Positions 37,901 through 40,089 of a DNA stretch of 40,089 nucleotides are shown here, in pieces. The translations under genes and the position numbers were made by a program. The notes beneath the pieces were generated by a model. The model was not told where the DNA came from and did not search any database. It was given only the letters and a program-made list of their open reading frames with translations. Source of the DNA: Candidatus Margulisiibacteriota bacterium (GTDB lineage: Bacteria > Margulisbacteria > Marinamargulisbacteria > JBHPDY01); the NCBI GenBank assembly GCA_042577605.1, contig JBHPDY010000001.1:1-40089 (forward strand). Direction: 5' to 3'. Numbering within the stretch: the stretch's first letter is position 1; every line of letters begins with the position of its first letter.

Positions 37901-39995
37901 TAAGAACACTTTAATATTAGGATTAACAAACAAAATACAAATAACAACTATTTTTAGCGGAATTGATCAAACTTCAAAAATAGCGAAAAACTATCTTGCA
38001 GAAGCAGAAAGGGTAAGAAAACTGATCTTAGAAAAAGTAATAAAACTAAATTCAAGCAAAGAAGATAAACAAAAGGCCATGAAAAAGTTTATTAAAACTA
38101 TTATAACCCGGTATGGTAAAGATAAAATATTAAAACCAATTACAAGTACTTCACTAGGTGAAGATTATAAAAACTATAAATACGATTTCATAAAGGGTTG
38201 TGGAAAAGCTTTGTTCAAGGCTAATCCTACTAATACAGGAGTAGAGCTTAATGGAATAGATATAGTTCTAGCAAAGAGTTTAATTGATAAGGTAGCCACG
38301 AATTATACAAACTATAATAAGCTAATGAAAATACTTGGCAGAATTAAATTCCAGCCTCTTGAAAAGAACTGTGAAAAGAATTGCCAGCACAAGCATCCGG
38401 ATTGGTATTATGCCTGGATATTCAAGCTAGACTATACAAATGGTATCTATACTCTATCCAGAGAGGAAAAGATTTCTATTATTAAGGGATTAAATAATGA
38501 ACTGGAAAAACTACGAAAACAAATCCAAATCCAGCTAATCCAAAGAAAAATAATCAAAAGAATCCAAAATATTGAGTTCCAAATTAATGATTCACCTATA
38601 ACAAAAGTAAAACCTTTTCAGACTTGGGATGGGACCACGAAATTTACGGGGTTTATTAAAACCATGCCTCACAAAGGCGATCTAGCCATGGCAGGTTTCA
38701 AGGACGCTAAACTTATTCTTAGAATAAAAGGCACTATTGATAACGCAAATAAGGGAACAATCATTAAAAACAATGACTTGAAAAACTATGAATTCCGCAC
38801 AGAATTTCCAGCAAGGTTTGATGAAGCAAAAACAGCCTTGGGATTAGTAAATTTAGATAGCTTAAAATTTGGATTAGATAGTGAAGAAATGATTATCAAC
38901 GCAATGCTGGGAAAAGCTCCTTTTACCTTGAACGGTAAACCGATTTTTGAAATAACCGGAAATGATATTAAGTACAAGAAACTTGAAAAAGGAGTAATAG
39001 ATCCACTAGATCCCACAAAAGAAAAAACCAAAGTATATTATCCCTATCATGTGCCCATATCCGAGATTAAAAAAATGAAAAAGGCATTCAAGAAGGACAG
39101 TGGTTTATTTGGAAAACTCAAAGTAGTAATTGATAAATTGGGTGACAATATAGTTGAAGGAAGGAAAAAAGCGCTTGGTAAACCTTATAAAGATTTTTTT
39201 GAGCTTCCAGAAGATCAGCCGCTAACGAAGGTAACTCTTAAAAATAAATATCAAAACGCCAGTAAAATTGTAACACATTTGGGACAAGCTCATCAGCCGT
39301 GTTTTGTGGCCAATAAATTTGGTACAGTTAATAATATGGGTTTCATAAGAAAAAAAGTGCATCTAGTAATGAGAATGAAATACCAAGAAGCGCAGAAAAC
39401 TGTAGCAAAGCAGGAACTAGAAAAGCAAAAAGGGGAACTCTTAGGAGGCGGGATGCACCAACTATTTACAGTTGACACGAAGACTTTACAAGTAAAGCTA
39501 ACTACTTCTATTAAAAAGAAATTGAAAAGATTATCTTTAGAGAAAGTAAATGAAAATCTTATTGAATTTATCGATAACAAATCCACCGGAGAATATGATA
39601 CATACTTATATCTTCAAGCCTATTTTCTTATTAATAATAATCAAAATGAAAATTTTAAAAGTGGTTTGAAAACATCACATAAACCAGATATCCTATATGA
39701 AAAAATCAAAATATTTAATTCTAAAACAGTTAAAAAAAATATGCTATTGAAACCAAGCGTTAAAACGCAAATAGATAATTTTGATATGGTAAAACCTAGT
39801 GTGATTTATGGTCTTGAGAGTAATATGGAATCAAAATTTCTGCAGGTTGAAACTGGGATCGCATGGGATCCAGAAAAATATAATGGTCTACCAAATGATA
39901 AAGCAAGAATAATTAATTATTATAAAATTAAGACATTGATAGAACTACAGAAATTCGGAAAAGCGTATTATACATATCATTTAACTAAAATCTAA
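34905..39995 (+). CDS. Large orphan protein, 1,696 aa, with a 256-aa tandem module
   Basis: An uninterrupted 5,091-nt frame. AAGGAG lies 6 nt upstream of the ATG. I saw no signal peptide and no recognisable catalytic motif. An internal duplication is anchored on YLGKIN (36981 and 37749). Confidence 0.9.
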   Translation: MNKDPSGLGVSGFGSSSLQNRYRQIIKTGKKNITDKQLDDLYGQNLKYIKQDPAILLVLLPNLVKLLCRISATDTGKQFIVPDIGNKIKLDLTGLKDFVLNIINDNNNKNKSLPKIKEHLLKVMKLKEFYFEEDRKEKLLVELGSHQALIKKKEVSNLFACCEEFKEELYAEVEMIFNDFVKSHNQLKDNFLARFANFCDTGFQPFQWKPETRDMKFTEPNNTPTALETAKKIVLEANTKKKDISDWPTKLQDIKFSDINTSVIADDIGAFNTIFVNEVNKLLKAIRVELTKLTQAESDKWLEIIKKIVKKDEYKIPPTTGAPIFKIKDKAIIFTGEDVSQLDPAKVVVNRFLLPGRTNKLADFKGEYKELKGADIGGDDPKILGVTIPKNDAVGTDKKIREFVLKSLDTFNKNKLGEICKQVDALQAYITLVFNKIKAVGTTNDGTERYIFERDDSNDKLKHVTIQNVLSWLNKKHNNKSSEVIKELNTMKTNLVKLKTDAQLIDAKYKEFQKVGTKLIDDAIQFIEVEVLGSDANKNRINLKKELRTKIIDSFDSSKNVDQIVNPKPGGGTAVQVDAQGSVFKPDNAKKMELGLLDDVKTKFIQYFCNQNGLYPYGPKFTNKEAVLKVFTNIKDDHAWSVNLINEPYSNIPEDQRKSDIKEVNTEANTVLTALKGNVNTELNNIGTKANIYLGKINTKFKTFITGGISFNPLALDGSYELISGKTDMKTLAWELLKVAGGNEVKELELLNNLNTGLTIDIFDELTRSHPLTKIYLDKANKIRIKLHKEIDNIIKLKKATRKKIITAYSSGSELTKYKYYSNLWVEDFKITGHSTIDLFKLLSSSVKKLTLFGPDLINYAKALCENNKAYPGHKDYLQNRETLLKMFTIGDTERDWLIAKLKATNPDCLNIKETVAQIIAEAELELAKVRAAMISEIQTNGLGKTDQYLGKINEHFKKYPDTNLTYNPFKLDNNKQLIPNTGKSLDEIAKDMFNNSTNKNTLILGLTNKIQITTIFSGIDQTSKIAKNYLAEAERVRKLILEKVIKLNSSKEDKQKAMKKFIKTIITRYGKDKILKPITSTSLGEDYKNYKYDFIKGCGKALFKANPTNTGVELNGIDIVLAKSLIDKVATNYTNYNKLMKILGRIKFQPLEKNCEKNCQHKHPDWYYAWIFKLDYTNGIYTLSREEKISIIKGLNNELEKLRKQIQIQLIQRKIIKRIQNIEFQINDSPITKVKPFQTWDGTTKFTGFIKTMPHKGDLAMAGFKDAKLILRIKGTIDNANKGTIIKNNDLKNYEFRTEFPARFDEAKTALGLVNLDSLKFGLDSEEMIINAMLGKAPFTLNGKPIFEITGNDIKYKKLEKGVIDPLDPTKEKTKVYYPYHVPISEIKKMKKAFKKDSGLFGKLKVVIDKLGDNIVEGRKKALGKPYKDFFELPEDQPLTKVTLKNKYQNASKIVTHLGQAHQPCFVANKFGTVNNMGFIRKKVHLVMRMKYQEAQKTVAKQELEKQKGELLGGGMHQLFTVDTKTLQVKLTTSIKKKLKRLSLEKVNENLIEFIDNKSTGEYDTYLYLQAYFLINNNQNENFKSGLKTSHKPDILYEKIKIFNSKTVKKNMLLKPSVKTQIDNFDMVKPSVIYGLESNMESKFLQVETGIAWDPEKYNGLPNDKARIINYYKIKTLIELQKFGKAYYTYHLTKI

Positions 39996-40005
39996 GCTAT
40001 GTAGC

Positions 40006-40031
40006 GGAGCAGGCCCAAAAAGGCCTGTTCC
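40006..40031 (+). terminator. Hairpin 11 nt after the 1,696-aa gene stop (terminator candidate)
   Basis: GGAGCAGGCC-CAAAAA-GGCCTGTTCC, a 10-bp stem with one G-T wobble. There is no clear T-tract afterwards. Confidence 0.4.
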
Positions 40032-40089
40032 AAAGCTAAGATTCCGTGAAAAAAAACAATACTTCGAATTAGCAAAAATATTTTCAAGG

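Noticed and set aside
19197-39995. Giant ORFs as an artefact of an alternative genetic code or a collapsed-repeat assembly
   Set aside because: Housekeeping genes in the same window terminate normally at TAA, TAG and TGA and have full-length family-typical products under the standard code. The internal repeats of both giant proteins are strongly diverged at the nucleotide level, which is not what a repeat-collapse artefact looks like. Read mapping is still needed for proof.

Overview
This is a low-GC bacterial chromosomal window read with the standard genetic code. TAA, TAG and TGA are all used as stops, and AAGGAG-type Shine-Dalgarno sites precede several genes.

Roughly half of the window is recognisable housekeeping:
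- stand-alone heptose-activation genes hldA and hldC
- a PPP-family metallophosphoesterase
- lepA
- a class IV aminotransferase-fold (PabC-like) gene
- a MidA-like methyltransferase with TPR repeats
- a FliK-like plus FlhB-C-terminal-domain-like pair
- a 56-aa 2x[4Fe-4S] ferredoxin that is missing from the supplied ORF track
- leuS
- a zinc-ribbon/DnaQ-type exonuclease
- dapB and asd
- a small class I methyltransferase

The other half is orphan coding sequence that I cannot place in any family.
- Two giant genes sit head-to-head around a 501-bp intergenic region: a 15.2-kb ORF (5,068 aa, minus strand) and a 5.1-kb ORF (1,696 aa, plus strand). Both contain diverged internal tandem modules.
- A tandem cluster of three paralogous Lys/Asn-rich proteins shares a conserved N-terminus (M-x-K-K-[LI]-[LI]-P) and a conserved aromatic C-terminal tail (SCLYKFF-like). 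This cluster lies directly upstream of the phosphoesterase.
- None of the five orphans shows a Sec-type signal peptide by eye.

Intergenic DNA carries several structured repeats:
- a dispersed double-hairpin REP-like unit (three copies)
- a 34-bp inverted repeat pair flanking an AT-rich core upstream of dapB
- a helically phased ATCTGCG x4 array

I saw no rRNA, tRNA, CRISPR array, transposase or integrase. Taxonomy cannot be established from the sequence alone. Heptose, flagellar-type and ferredoxin genes suggest a Gram-negative-type, probably anaerobic, uncultivated lineage.
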